Shown: positions 19,969 through 31,947, numbered from the whole stretch's first letter. The stretch: DNA of 63,575 nucleotides, filler included, from Deltaproteobacteria bacterium (GCA_016202395.1; 7 parts of 7 records of this genome joined end to end with filler, not necessarily neighbours in it); one strand, 5' to 3'. Notes: generated from the letters alone by a model not told the origin. A program made the numbers and translations.

Positions 19969-20634
19969 ATGATTGAGCTAAAAAATGTAACAAAAATCTA
20001 TGACCCAGGGGGAAAAGAGGTTCGAGCCATTCAAAATCTCTCCCTCCAAATCCAGTCGGGACAATTTGTGTCTATCATGGGACCCAGCGGCTCTGGAAAA
20101 AGCACTCTGCTTCACCTGATTGGCGCTCTGGACCGCCTGACCTCCGGAGAGATTTTTATACAAAATCAGGAGCTTCACAAACTCAACGACAATGAACTCT
20201 CCTTGTTTCGAAGACGTCATGTGGGATTTATCTTCCAAAGTTTTAACCTGCTACCCACCTTAACCGCTCTAGAAAACGTGACGCTCCCTCTTTTGCTCGA
20301 TGGCAAGTCTCTCTCCTCGATCATCCCAAAAGCGGAGGCGCTCCTCGAGAAAGTGCGATTGAACACGAGAAAAAACCACCGACCCGATGAACTTTCTGGT
20401 GGAGAGATGCAAAGGGTCGCTATCTGTCGAGCTCTCGTTCATGATCCTACACTGATTCTGGCCGATGAGCCGACGGGAAACCTCGACTCTAAAACCGGGG
20501 GTGAGATCCTCCAACTCCTCCAAACCCTCCAAAAAGACCAACGATGCACCGTTGTCATGGTGACTCATGATGAACGCGCCGCTCGGTACGGAGACCGTAT
20601 TATTCAATTACGCGACGGCCAACTTGAGGTCTGA
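19969..20634 (+). CDS. LolD/MacB-type ABC ATP-binding protein (no adjacent permease)
   Basis: [27 protein letters not shown]. Confidence 0.92.
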   Translation: MIELKNVTKIYDPGGKEVRAIQNLSLQIQSGQFVSIMGPSGSGKSTLLHLIGALDRLTSGEIFIQNQELHKLNDNELSLFRRRHVGFIFQSFNLLPTLTALENVTLPLLLDGKSLSSIIPKAEALLEKVRLNTRKNHRPDELSGGEMQRVAICRALVHDPTLILADEPTGNLDSKTGGEILQLLQTLQKDQRCTVVMVTHDERAARYGDRIIQLRDGQLEV

Positions 20635-20794
20635 AATTTTTTCATCCCTCCCCTGTCGGACTAGATGTTATTTAACTATTTGATAATAAAGGTGAATTTC
20701 TTTATTTCAGCTTGAAAGGTGTGTCAAAAGGAACCACCTCTCCCAAAATCATATTAAAATAACTAATAAATTCAACTAGTTACATACTAACTTC

Positions 20795-20810
20795 TGGCAT
20801 GATCTTTGCA
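20795..20810 (+). promoter_or_regulatory. sigma54 -24/-12 promoter
   Basis: TGGCATGATCTTTGCA: GG-N10-GC, preceded by AT-rich tract. Confidence 0.75.
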
Positions 20811-20824
20811 TAAAACAACGGAGT

Positions 20825-21658
20825 ATGTCTTTAGTAGATAGCGCTATTCTTGCAGGATCGGTCATTGCGACAATCGCGTTGCTCTTCGGGCTATTCCAAA
20901 AGATAAGGTCCATGAGAGGAAAGCTTGCCCGCCAAGCCGAGATGCGAGAGGAATCTCTAGCCAATGTATCTCATGAACTCAGAAAAATTCTGACCCCCAT
21001 GAGAGGGTATACCGATCTCCTCCTGTCAGGCCGTTGTGGAACCTTGAGTCATCAACAAAAGCAGTTCATTAAAAATGTTTCCGGAAACCTCGATCGGATG
21101 CAAGGACTTGTGGACACCCTCTTGGAGCTGGAATCCCTAGAAAGACCTGAGGAAGATCTTAATCTCAAATGGATGAATCTGGAAGAGACGCTTCAACGGG
21201 TAGTCCAAGATTACCGAATGATCGCGGATGCTAAAAAACTTCGCATCTTTATCGCAACGGAAGGAGATCTCAAACTTTATGGAGAACCTGAAAAACTTCG
21301 GCAAGTATTCTCCAATCTCATTGCAAACGCGGTTCATTACACTTTGGAAGGAGAGATTCATATCAAGGCCTATTCCGAGGGGAGTGATCTCTATGTGCAA
21401 GTTCAAGACACAGGGATTGGGATTCATCCCACAGATCAAGAGCGGATTTTTGAACGTTTTTATCGTGGATCTCACCACCATGTTCAAAAAGTGGCGGGAA
21501 GCGGATTAGGGCTCTCCATTGCGAACTCCATTGTTGAGAAACATAAAGGGAAGATCCTTGTTGAAAGCAAGCTCGGAGAAGGGTCTAGTTTTATTGTTGT
21601 TCTGCCGAAGGAAAAGCGCCTCAATCGAAGGAAAATAGCGTTAAAACTAGTTTCCTAG
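20825..21658 (+). CDS. Single-TM histidine kinase without sensor domain
   Basis: N-terminal hydrophobic helix; SHELR H-box; NLIANA, DTGIGI, GSGLGL boxes. Confidence 0.9.
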   Translation: MSLVDSAILAGSVIATIALLFGLFQKIRSMRGKLARQAEMREESLANVSHELRKILTPMRGYTDLLLSGRCGTLSHQQKQFIKNVSGNLDRMQGLVDTLLELESLERPEEDLNLKWMNLEETLQRVVQDYRMIADAKKLRIFIATEGDLKLYGEPEKLRQVFSNLIANAVHYTLEGEIHIKAYSEGSDLYVQVQDTGIGIHPTDQERIFERFYRGSHHHVQKVAGSGLGLSIANSIVEKHKGKILVESKLGEGSSFIVVLPKEKRLNRRKIALKLVS

Positions 21659-22027
21659 CGTGGACGGGGTAAGACTCTTTAGATCCTCTTGCGAGATTGA
21701 GATCAAGCGGATGCCAATACGGCCCTTTTGGTTTTGTTCCTGAACCCACACAATAGATCCCCAAAGTTCAACACGACTTCTAGAAGTGTGAACAAGGATC
21801 TTGAGCATCGATTTTTCAGTTAGGAACGAACGCCATCCCCACCCACGAACATTGAAACTCCGGATATCATCCATCCCAACACCCGACAAGCTAATGTCGC
21901 GCAGGACACCTCGCACGCCACAATCCACAAAAGTGCCTCGAGCTTCCTCACCTCGCCGAATCCAAATTTCGGCGGGATACTCGACCGCTTGACGTGGATA
22001 TCTTCTTTCTTCACCCAGTTGGGACAA
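21647..22027 (-). CDS. PilZ domain protein
   Basis: ERRYPR (RxxxR) and DISLSG (DxSxxG) c-di-GMP motifs. Confidence 0.85.
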   Translation of the reverse strand: MSQLGEERRYPRQAVEYPAEIWIRRGEEARGTFVDCGVRGVLRDISLSGVGMDDIRSFNVRGWGWRSFLTEKSMLKILVHTSRSRVELWGSIVWVQEQNQKGRIGIRLISISQEDLKSLTPSTLGN

Positions 22028-22044
22028 AGGGGGGATCTCCTCAT

Positions 22045-22086
22045 AAAAAAATCCCCCGCCGAATCTTTGCCCGACGGGGGAAATTT
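22045..22086 (-). terminator. Probable intrinsic terminator of rRNA operon
   Basis: CCCCCG..CGGGGG stem with T-run on minus strand right after 5S. Confidence 0.6.
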
Positions 22087-22088
22087 AA

Positions 22089-22207
22089 TCCTAGCGACGT
22101 CCTACTCTCCCTCCACGTTAATCGAGGAAGTACCATCGGCGCTGAAGGGCTTAACGACCGTGTTCGGAATGGGAACGGGTGTTTCCCCTTCGCTCTGGTC
22201 ACTAGAA
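22089..22207 (-). rRNA. rrf: 5S ribosomal RNA
   Basis: Reverse complement of CCCGTTCCCATTCCGAACACGG..GTTAAG..CGCCGATGGTACT..GGAGAGTAGG. Confidence 0.95.
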
Positions 22208-22286
22208 ACTGAAACTAACGTCCAAAGCCTGAATATGCTAATGGATAGTGCCTCCAAAACATCGCACTGAGGTGCTAGATGCTAAA

Positions 22287-22605
<319 letters not shown>

Positions 22606-22778
22606 NNNNNNNNNNNNNNNNNNNNNNNNNNNNNNNNNNNNNNNNNNNNTTAATTAATTAANNNNNNNNNNNNNNNNNNNNNNNNNNNNNNNNNNNNNNN
22701 NNNNNATTTTGTAAAGTGACGATTTTTTTCACTCTGGATCTCCACTCTGTTGAGAGATATTCTTAAAAAATCAATAAA

Positions 22779-22842
22779 AATCAAACACTTATAGTTTACA
22801 TTATTGCGGACTCTGGAATAGCGAGTTGGCACGAAGATTGCA
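22779..22842 (+). promoter_or_regulatory. IHF site plus sigma54 promoter of pilA
   Basis: AATCAAACACTTA (WATCAANNNNTTR) at 22779-22791; TGGCACGAAGATTGCA at 22827-22842. Confidence 0.88.
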
Positions 22843-22915
22843 TAATCTTTTAACCAGAAGAGTCGGTTATCGATAGAGGGTCCATTGAAAAATAAGACAG
22901 GAAAGGAGAAAAATC

Positions 22916-23389
22916 ATGAAGATAATTAAAGATAAAAAAGGGTTCAGCTTGGTCGAGTTGATGGTCGTGGTGGCCATCATCGGGATCTTAGCTGCAATCG
23001 CAGTGCCGAACTTCCTGAATTACCAGAGGAAGTCGAAACTCTCGGAGGTTAGGGCGAATCTTGGAGGCATTCGCACGGCGGAGATTGCCTACAATGTCGA
23101 AACCTCGCTCTATCTGAACGCCGCCGAGACCCCACCGAGGAGTTTGGGAACAACGCCAGGGTCATCGACCACACTATGGCCGACCTCTGGAGCGGGAACC
23201 GGTGCTTTCGGTGCCATAGGTTGGGCTCCTACCGGGGATGTTTACTGCACTTATCAGGTGACGGGCGCCAGTGCGACGGCCTTTCTAGCGACAGGAACTT
23301 GTGATGCGGATGGGGATTCAGTCCTTTCCACATTCACGATCGCGCCCAACACCCAGATCAGTCAGACCTCGGCTGCTGGAATCTATTAA
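22916..23389 (+). CDS. pilA: Type IVa major pilin
   Basis: KKG|FSLVELMVVVAIIGILAAIAVPNF prepilin motif; sigma54 promoter; own terminator. Confidence 0.93.
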   Translation: MKIIKDKKGFSLVELMVVVAIIGILAAIAVPNFLNYQRKSKLSEVRANLGGIRTAEIAYNVETSLYLNAAETPPRSLGTTPGSSTTLWPTSGAGTGAFGAIGWAPTGDVYCTYQVTGASATAFLATGTCDADGDSVLSTFTIAPNTQISQTSAAGIY

Positions 23390-23419
23390 GGCTCGGTGTT
23401 CGGTGTGATGAAATAATGG

Positions 23420-23457
23420 AAAGAGACCCTCCCAAAGGGCTTGGGAGGGTCTTTCTC
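23420..23457 (+). terminator. Hairpin after pilA
   Basis: AGACCCTCCCAA / TTGGGAGGGTCT 12-bp stem followed by TTCTCT. Confidence 0.75.
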
Positions 23458-23486
23458 TGTCTATCGTTTGTTGTTTTGGTGGGGAT

Positions 23487-24200
23487 ATGAATCGAGATCG
23501 CTACAAAACTAATCTGTTATTTGTTCTCCTGTTAGTGACTTGGACAGGTTCTTTGTGCGCCGTCCAGCAATATCGGCAAAAGATCCTATCTTTGCGTCCC
23601 ATAGCGGAGACCTATTTAATCCCACGTGCTGAACTTTTGAAGGTTGTGAGTTTGGGGTACGATCCCCTCGTCTCGGATTGGATGTGGCTAAAAACCATTG
23701 CCACCTATGGAGCTCGAAACGCCGATCCCGCCACGTATCCCTATCTTTATCGGATGGCCGATGTGATTACCGATCTCGATCCCGAGTTTCGAAAAGTCTA
23801 TCTTTACAGCTCTCTTCTTTTGGCATTTTATTCGGAGCATGTTCAGAAAAGCAACGCCTTGCTGGAAAAAGCGATCCTCCAGTTTCCAAACGACTGGTGG
23901 TTCTACTTTAACCTCGGCTTCAACCATTTCTATTTTTTAGGGGATCTTCAAACCGCGGCGGGTTACATCTCTAAAGCGGCCGGGCTCCCGGGGCATCCGG
24001 CCTATCTCCCTAAATTTGCGGCCAGTCTTTACGCGGGGATGGGGGATTTTCAAGCGGCTCTCCAGTTTCTTTATCAAATGTATGAATCGACCGAAGATGA
24101 AGAGGTTCGCAGGACACTTCTTGAGAAGATTCGAGAGCTGGAACAAGGAAAACTTCCCGAGGGGATGCAGAGGCATCTCCAAGAGGAGGGTCCCTCATGA
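23487..24200 (+). CDS. Pilus-associated TPR-like membrane-anchored protein (Myxococcus PilG / Geobacter XapA-like)
   Basis: SLGYD.LVSDWMWL, TDLDP.F motifs; position between pilA and ABC genes. Confidence 0.75.
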   Translation: MNRDRYKTNLLFVLLLVTWTGSLCAVQQYRQKILSLRPIAETYLIPRAELLKVVSLGYDPLVSDWMWLKTIATYGARNADPATYPYLYRMADVITDLDPEFRKVYLYSSLLLAFYSEHVQKSNALLEKAILQFPNDWWFYFNLGFNHFYFLGDLQTAAGYISKAAGLPGHPAYLPKFAASLYAGMGDFQAALQFLYQMYESTEDEEVRRTLLEKIRELEQGKLPEGMQRHLQEEGPS

Positions 24201-25132
24201 AGCCCTCCGCGATTCGAATCGATTCCCTCGTTAAGACTTTCCCAAAAGGGTTTTGGCGAATTCCGGAAAAGATCATCGATGGGGTGAGTTTTGAGGTCCA
24301 TGAAGGAGAGGCCTTTGGACTCGTGGGTCACAACGGCGCTGGCAAAACGACTCTTCTCAAATGTTTGGTGGGACTTCTCCGGCCGAATCAGGGGAAGGTC
24401 CTTTTCTTTGGAGATTCTGAATTGAGTGTGGCGGTGAAACAGAAGATCGGTTTTCTCCCCGAACAACCTTACTTTTACGACTATCTCACCGGAGAGGAAT
24501 TCCTCCACCTCTGCGCCAACCTTTTTGGAATTCAGGGGTCGGAGCGATCACAACGGGTGACAGCCCTTCTCGAAAAAGTCGGACTCGCCCCTTTTAAAGA
24601 TCGGCTGCTTCGTAGCTATTCCAAAGGGATGTTACAAAGGATTGGGATCGCTCAAGCTCTCATCAATCAACCCCCACTCCTGATCCTGGACGAGCCGATG
24701 AGCGGGTTAGACCCTGTCGGCCGCAAAGAGATCCGCGATCTGATCTTGGATCTCAAAAGGCGAGGGACAACGATTCTATTGAGTTCCCACATTCTTTACG
24801 ATGTCGAGGTCATCTGTGACCGAATTGGGTTTCTAGTGGCGGGGAAAATGACTTACTGTGGGCCCCTAAAATCCTTGATGGAGGGAAAAGTAAAGGCTTA
24901 CGAAGTGTGGGTTTCCGGTGTTGAGCCTCAAAGGTTGCAAAAGATTTCAGGGGTTCCTGTGGAGAGATCGGTGGAGTTGGGAGAGTGGCTCGTTCGAATG
25001 GAAAATCTTAATAACGTGAATGTTGTGATCGATGACATTCGAAAAAATGGAGGAAAGATTTTAAGCCTAACGCCGGTGCGGGAAAGCTTAGAGGAGATTT
25101 ACTCGGAACAAGTTCGATCGATGATGAAATGA
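24197..25132 (+). CDS. Pilus-associated ABC ATP-binding protein (PilH-like)
   Basis: GHNGAGKTT, YSKGMLQR, LDEPMSGLDP. Confidence 0.9.
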   Translation: MKPSAIRIDSLVKTFPKGFWRIPEKIIDGVSFEVHEGEAFGLVGHNGAGKTTLLKCLVGLLRPNQGKVLFFGDSELSVAVKQKIGFLPEQPYFYDYLTGEEFLHLCANLFGIQGSERSQRVTALLEKVGLAPFKDRLLRSYSKGMLQRIGIAQALINQPPLLILDEPMSGLDPVGRKEIRDLILDLKRRGTTILLSSHILYDVEVICDRIGFLVAGKMTYCGPLKSLMEGKVKAYEVWVSGVEPQRLQKISGVPVERSVELGEWLVRMENLNNVNVVIDDIRKNGGKILSLTPVRESLEEIYSEQVRSMMK

Positions 25133-25145
25133 TGAAAGGTTCAAT

Positions 25146-25910
25146 ATGAGGATTCAAGCCCTTCTCACCAATACCGTTCGTCAAGCGATCCGAGATCGGA
25201 TCCTTTACAGCCTTCTTGTCTTTGGCATTCTCATGATCTTAAGTTCTGTTGTCATTGGAAGGTTGAGTTTGGGAGAGGATGTGAAAATCATTAAAGACTT
25301 TGGTTTGGGATGTGTCTCTCTCTTTGGTGTGTTGATCGCCATCTTTGTAGGAGTGGACTTGGTCTATCGGGAGGTGACGAGTCGCACGGTTTACACCCTC
25401 CTTTCCAAGCCGATTCGTCGATGGGAATTTTTGTTAGGGGAGTATTTGGGACTGATGCTCACGGTTTTAATGAATGTGGTTGTGATGGCCCTTTGTTTAG
25501 AGCTTATCGTTGGGTTTCGAACCGGTGGAATCGATCTCACTCTTTTTTCCGCGATCGGATTGATGGTCTTTGAGTTTATGTTGATTGCCTCCATTGCGAT
25601 CTTCTTTTCCACGTTTCTCTCTCGAACCTTAAGCACTTTTATGACGTTAGCGGTTTATGTGAGCGGTCACATGACGCATGATTTGGTCGATCTAGGAAAA
25701 CAAACAGAGAGCCTCTGGATGGAGCGGGTCGCTTTAGCGATCTATTACCTCTTGCCGGACCTTGAGGCTTTTAATATTCGGAGTCAAGTGGTGGAAGGGG
25801 TAAAAATTGCCTCTGCCGATCTATGGACATCGGTGGCCTATGGGATGCTTTACTTAGTGGGGGTTTTCCTCATTGCCTTAAAAATTTTCCAACACAAGGA
25901 TTTCCGATGA
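25146..25910 (+). CDS. Pilus-associated ABC-2 permease (PilI-like)
   Basis: Six TM helices, RTVYTLLSKPIRR, C-terminal KDF. Confidence 0.88.
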   Translation: MRIQALLTNTVRQAIRDRILYSLLVFGILMILSSVVIGRLSLGEDVKIIKDFGLGCVSLFGVLIAIFVGVDLVYREVTSRTVYTLLSKPIRRWEFLLGEYLGLMLTVLMNVVVMALCLELIVGFRTGGIDLTLFSAIGLMVFEFMLIASIAIFFSTFLSRTLSTFMTLAVYVSGHMTHDLVDLGKQTESLWMERVALAIYYLLPDLEAFNIRSQVVEGVKIASADLWTSVAYGMLYLVGVFLIALKIFQHKDFR

Positions 25911-25941
25911 CGTTACAAATTTTTAACTCGTGTTATTTGTC

Positions 25942-26007
25942 CTCGCGGGTCCTGTCATGGGGCTTCCCCCAGGCGTGCTCCACGGTCCGCGCGCCTGGGG
26001 GTCCCCC
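25942..26007. repeat. Hairpin repeat family B, partial copy at contig end
   Basis: Near-exact reverse complement of part of 38128-38230. Confidence 0.9.
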
Positions 26008-26107
26008 NNNNNNNNNNNNNNNNNNNNNNNNNNNNNNNNNNNNNNNNNNNNTTAATTAATTAANNNNNNNNNNNNNNNNNNNNNNNNNNNNNNNNNNNNN
26101 NNNNNNN

Positions 26108-26270
26108 AATGCTCCGGCTGCAAATTTCACTGGCGTTGTCTGACAGCGTCAGACTTCGCAAAACGTCCTCAACGTAGCTACAGCTACGTTTCCGGTCGTT
26201 TTGCTCATCTTCCTTGTCAGACAACGCCATTGAAATTTTCGCTTTCGTCGATTACTCCGACAGGCTCCTA
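26108..26270. repeat. MITE-like palindromic element with CTCAACGTA..TACG core
   Basis: AAATTTCACTGGCGTTGTCTGACA / TGTCAGACAACGCCATTGAAATTT arms; core similar to 16605-16660. Confidence 0.75.
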
Positions 26271-26275
26271 GAAAT

Positions 26276-26380
26276 AAAAAAGTGGGCAGCGCCCACTTTT
26301 CAATACCCATCTCACACACCCATTTCACACCCACTTCACTTCGGGTTTCAAACACTAGCACAGAACTTTATTTAACGCAA
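26276..26380 (-). promoter_or_regulatory. sigma70-like promoter and terminator-like leader hairpin (resembles rimP-nusA leader)
   Basis: TTGCGT-17-TAGTGT; three GTGARRTGGGT-like repeats; AAAAGTGGGC-GCT-GCCCACTTTTTT hairpin. Confidence 0.5.
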
Positions 26381-26387
26381 TGCAGGT

Positions 26388-27299
26388 TCAAACTTGGAGG
26401 GTGCCGATCAAATTGCGGATAGAGGGGATCTCTTGGGAGTGGAGGAACTCTTCAAGCCCTGAGAGGATGCGGGGCATGGTGAGAGGCTCGTAGAAATTGG
26501 CGGTCCCCACCTGAACCGCGCTGGCTCCAGCGATCAGAAATTCCAAGGCGTCGCGGGCGGTTGCGATTCCTCCAATCCCGATAATAGGGATCGAAACCAC
26601 TTTCGAGACCTGCCACACCATCCGAATAGCAATCGGTTTGATCGCAGGGCCTGAAAGCCCACCGGTAATATTTTTGAGTAAAGGCCGACGCGTGTACACA
26701 TCGACCGCCATTCCGGGAATGGTGTTGATTAAGGAAAGGGCGTCGGCCCCCGCGTCCTCTACTGCTTTCGCAACCAGACGAACATCAGTCACATTCGGAG
26801 AGAGCTTGACGATTACAGGGAAACGGGTCGCTCTTTTAACCGCTCTCACCACCTCCGCCGCCAATCCGGGGTCATTCCCAAACTCCATCCCTCCTTGATG
26901 CACATTGGGGCAAGAGATGTTGAGCTCTAAGGCCGCAATCCCTTTCTCCCCCTCCAAACGTTGGGCCACCGTCACGTAATCTTCTACCGTCCCTCCAAAG
27001 ACATTGGCGATGATGGCCGCTTTGAGGTGGCCAATCCTTGGCAGCTTCTCTCGGACGAAGGCCTCCACGCCAACATTTTCCAATCCAATGGTGTTGAGCA
27101 TCCCCGCCCCGGTCTCCACAATCCGCGGAGGAGGGTTCCCCATCCGTGGCTTTGGAGAAAGCCCTTTGGTGACGATCCCACCGAGAAGATTGACATCAAA
27201 AAGATCAACCTCTTCACCATAACCGAAGGTGCCGGAAGCAGCTAAGACCGGATTCTGGAGATGAATCGACCCTATTTGAACGGAAAGATCAGGCTTCAC
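26388..27299 (-). CDS. pyrD: Dihydroorotate dehydrogenase type 1B, catalytic subunit (start revised to GTG 27299)
   Basis: ASGTFGYG, GNPPPRI, ELNISCPN, VKLSPNVTD, GGLSGPAIKP. Confidence 0.96.
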   Translation of the reverse strand: MKPDLSVQIGSIHLQNPVLAASGTFGYGEEVDLFDVNLLGGIVTKGLSPKPRMGNPPPRIVETGAGMLNTIGLENVGVEAFVREKLPRIGHLKAAIIANVFGGTVEDYVTVAQRLEGEKGIAALELNISCPNVHQGGMEFGNDPGLAAEVVRAVKRATRFPVIVKLSPNVTDVRLVAKAVEDAGADALSLINTIPGMAVDVYTRRPLLKNITGGLSGPAIKPIAIRMVWQVSKVVSIPIIGIGGIATARDALEFLIAGASAVQVGTANFYEPLTMPRILSGLEEFLHSQEIPSIRNLIGTLQV

Positions 27300-28122
27300 C
27301 CCAGTAAACCTCCTCGGAGTTAAAAATCGGCCCGTGCTTGCACAAAAGTCGATACTTTCGCTCCCCCTTTTCAAAAATCTCCACACTGCATCCCAAACAG
27401 ATCCCAAAACCGCACCCCATCGGCCCCTCCAAAGAAACCTGACAGGCAATCTTCCTCTCTTTGGAGATGGAGGCCACTTTGGCCATCATCGGGATAGGGC
27501 CTGCCGTGTACACATGAGCGCTATCGGAAGGAACAGTTCTCAAGGCGCTTTCTAAAACATCGGTGACTCGTCCTCGAGCCCCCTTTGTTCCATCCTCTGT
27601 TGTGACGGAGATCTGGATCCCTAACGGCTCGAAATCGGGCAGACAGAGAATGTCTTTTTGCGATCGCCCTCCCACCATGAGATGAACGGAGGAAACCGGA
27701 AAAATTTTGATCAACTCCTTAGCCAAGACGTAGAGAGAAGAAAGCCCCGTTCCCCCCGCCACTAAATAATGATGGGCCCCTTCCTTAGGAAGGGTATAGC
27801 TATTCCCCAAGGGACCAACCCAATCGAGGGAATCCCCTTCTCTCTTTTTTGCAAGAAAACCGGTTCCTCTCCCCACAGCCCTATAAAGAAATTCCACTGC
27901 GGAAAGGCCCGGCCCCTTGAGCTCCGGGAACACATCCACTCCCCCCACACGGTACACCGCCAAGGCCCTGCGCAAAAGTGGATCGCTCCCTTCAGCGACT
28001 CGAACCATAAAGAATTGCCCCGATCCAATAGCGGGATAATTCTCAGGATAAGGAAAGGCAATTTTGTAGTAGTTGGGCGAGGCCTCTGTGTTCCAAAGAA
28101 TTTTTGAACTTTGTTGCATCAT
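27289..28122 (-). CDS. pyrK: Dihydroorotate dehydrogenase electron transfer subunit
   Basis: DPLLRR, GPLGN, AGGTG, MGCGFGICLGC..LCKHGP [2Fe-2S] motif. Confidence 0.93.
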   Translation of the reverse strand: MMQQSSKILWNTEASPNYYKIAFPYPENYPAIGSGQFFMVRVAEGSDPLLRRALAVYRVGGVDVFPELKGPGLSAVEFLYRAVGRGTGFLAKKREGDSLDWVGPLGNSYTLPKEGAHHYLVAGGTGLSSLYVLAKELIKIFPVSSVHLMVGGRSQKDILCLPDFEPLGIQISVTTEDGTKGARGRVTDVLESALRTVPSDSAHVYTAGPIPMMAKVASISKERKIACQVSLEGPMGCGFGICLGCSVEIFEKGERKYRLLCKHGPIFNSEEVYWGEA

Positions 28123-28567
28123 CGCCGTAAAATTAAAAGGAGCGCATCCTCCCCCTCTTCATGATAATATCCCTTGCGCCTGCCACAAATCTGAAATCCG
28201 AATTTTCGATATAAACTTAGAGCCGCTCCATTCGAGGCACGAGATTCTAGCGTAATCTCTCGAACCTTTTTCTCCTCTGCCAAATTCAAAACTATTCTTA
28301 AGAGATCGCTTGCAATCCCCCTTTTCCGAACAGAGGGATCAACCGCAATATTTAAGATCTGAAGCTCACCGGGCAACGTCCAGAAACAGATAAAACCGAC
28401 AATCCGATCTTCATTTTTTGCAACAAATGTTTGAGATTGCGACAAACGCAGCTCATCTTCAAACATCTGCTGCGACCACGGCGCCACAAAACTGGCCCGC
28501 TCAATCTGGAGGACCGCCTCCAAATCTTCTGCCAACATTGGAGCTATGTTTACTTTATCATACGTCA

Positions 28568-28568
<1 letters not shown>
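28119..28568 (-). CDS. rimI: Ribosomal-protein-alanine N-acetyltransferase
   Basis: IERASF..PWS, ILNIAV, LESRASN, RRKGYY..GEDA. Confidence 0.92.
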
Positions 28569-30870
<2,302 letters not shown>

Positions 30871-30894
30871 TCATCTCCATTCGAGTGTCATATT

Positions 30895-31088
30895 GATTCG
30901 CTGGAATGTTTCTATTCGCTCACGCAAGAAATTTTTGACCCGTTCTAAGCTCGGCTCGCTCGATTTCTGAACTCGCCCCTTCGGGGCTCAAACAGCAGAA
31001 ATCGGCCCTGTCGGGCACGCTCGCTCTCGCTAAGACGGGTTCCCCAAAAATTTCTTGAAGTTCGCTTATAAAAATATTCCAGCGAATC
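30895..31088. repeat. Long hairpin repeat family A, copy 1
   Basis: Nested inverted arms; homologous to 37857-38044. Confidence 0.9.
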
Positions 31089-31124
31089 TACTAACTTTAG
31101 CATAAGTAATGGAATACTCTGTTT

Positions 31125-31217
31125 TGGCCCAGCGGGTGGCCTTCCGCGGGGGACCCCCAGACGCGCGGACAGTGGAGCACGCCTGGGGGAAGCGGAAGGA
31201 CAGGACCCGCTGGGCCA
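31125..31217. repeat. Hairpin repeat family B, copy 2
   Basis: TGGCCCAGCGGGT / ACCCGCTGGGCCA arms; core homologous to 38128-38230. Confidence 0.9.
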
Positions 31218-31260
31218 CAATGAGATGTTCCTTTACTTTTACGAAGTTCAGTAGTTTCAA

Positions 31261-31923
31261 TTAAAACTCCACGATGGGCCATTGACGATGTTTTGCGTAC
31301 TCCTTCAGCTTTCGATCTGGATTCACCGCCACAGGATTCCCCACCCCCTCTAGAAAAACAATATCCTGATAACTATCCGCATATCCATACGACTCCGAAA
31401 GATCGACCTCGCGCTCATAAGCATACCTTTCTAGCAAAATTCTTTTTTTTTCTCCATAGGGATGCAACCCCTCGATCTCTCCTGTAACCACCCCTTTCTC
31501 TAATCGAAGCCGCGAGTGAATCGTTCCATCCACCTCCAGATATCGCGCTATCGGCGCCACTAAACATTCCAAAGAACCGGTCAAGAGAATCACCCTTGCC
31601 CCTTCCTCGTGGCGCTTTTGGATCTCCCGTCTCCCCTTCTCCGAAATTCTCCCCTCAATCCTTTCCTTAAAACACTCTCGCGCATATCTTCGTAAATCTC
31701 GAGACTCCAACCCTCGGAGATAAGCCTTATCCCTTTTGAAGATGGAATCGGCCCATTGTTCCGGATGATTCAGAAAATAGCGAAAAAAATGCCATCCTTG
31801 TTGGATGCCGATGATGCGACGCTGCAGAAGATAAAACGCAAAGATTCTCTCCGTAGAAATCCTTGGAACCAAAGTCCCATCCACATCAAAGAAAGCGGCC
31901 TTTATCTTTTGAGCTTTTATCAT
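31261..31923 (-). CDS. HAD-IB family hydrolase (SerB-like)
   Basis: AFFDVDGTL, LLTGS, YADSYQD, VNPD. Confidence 0.9.
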   Translation of the reverse strand: MIKAQKIKAAFFDVDGTLVPRISTERIFAFYLLQRRIIGIQQGWHFFRYFLNHPEQWADSIFKRDKAYLRGLESRDLRRYARECFKERIEGRISEKGRREIQKRHEEGARVILLTGSLECLVAPIARYLEVDGTIHSRLRLEKGVVTGEIEGLHPYGEKKRILLERYAYEREVDLSESYGYADSYQDIVFLEGVGNPVAVNPDRKLKEYAKHRQWPIVEF

Positions 31924-31947
31924 TTCGCTTTTGTCATTTCGCCTTTA

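Noticed and set aside
22916-23389. Electrically conductive (e-pilin) interpretation
   Set aside because: Full-length ~148-aa mature pilin, not the truncated Geobacter type; no cytochrome context
30945-31282. Similar short ORFs here and at 37885-38263 (shared SFRFPQACSTVRA-like peptides)
   Set aside because: Similarity is explained by repeats A/B; frames and lengths not conserved
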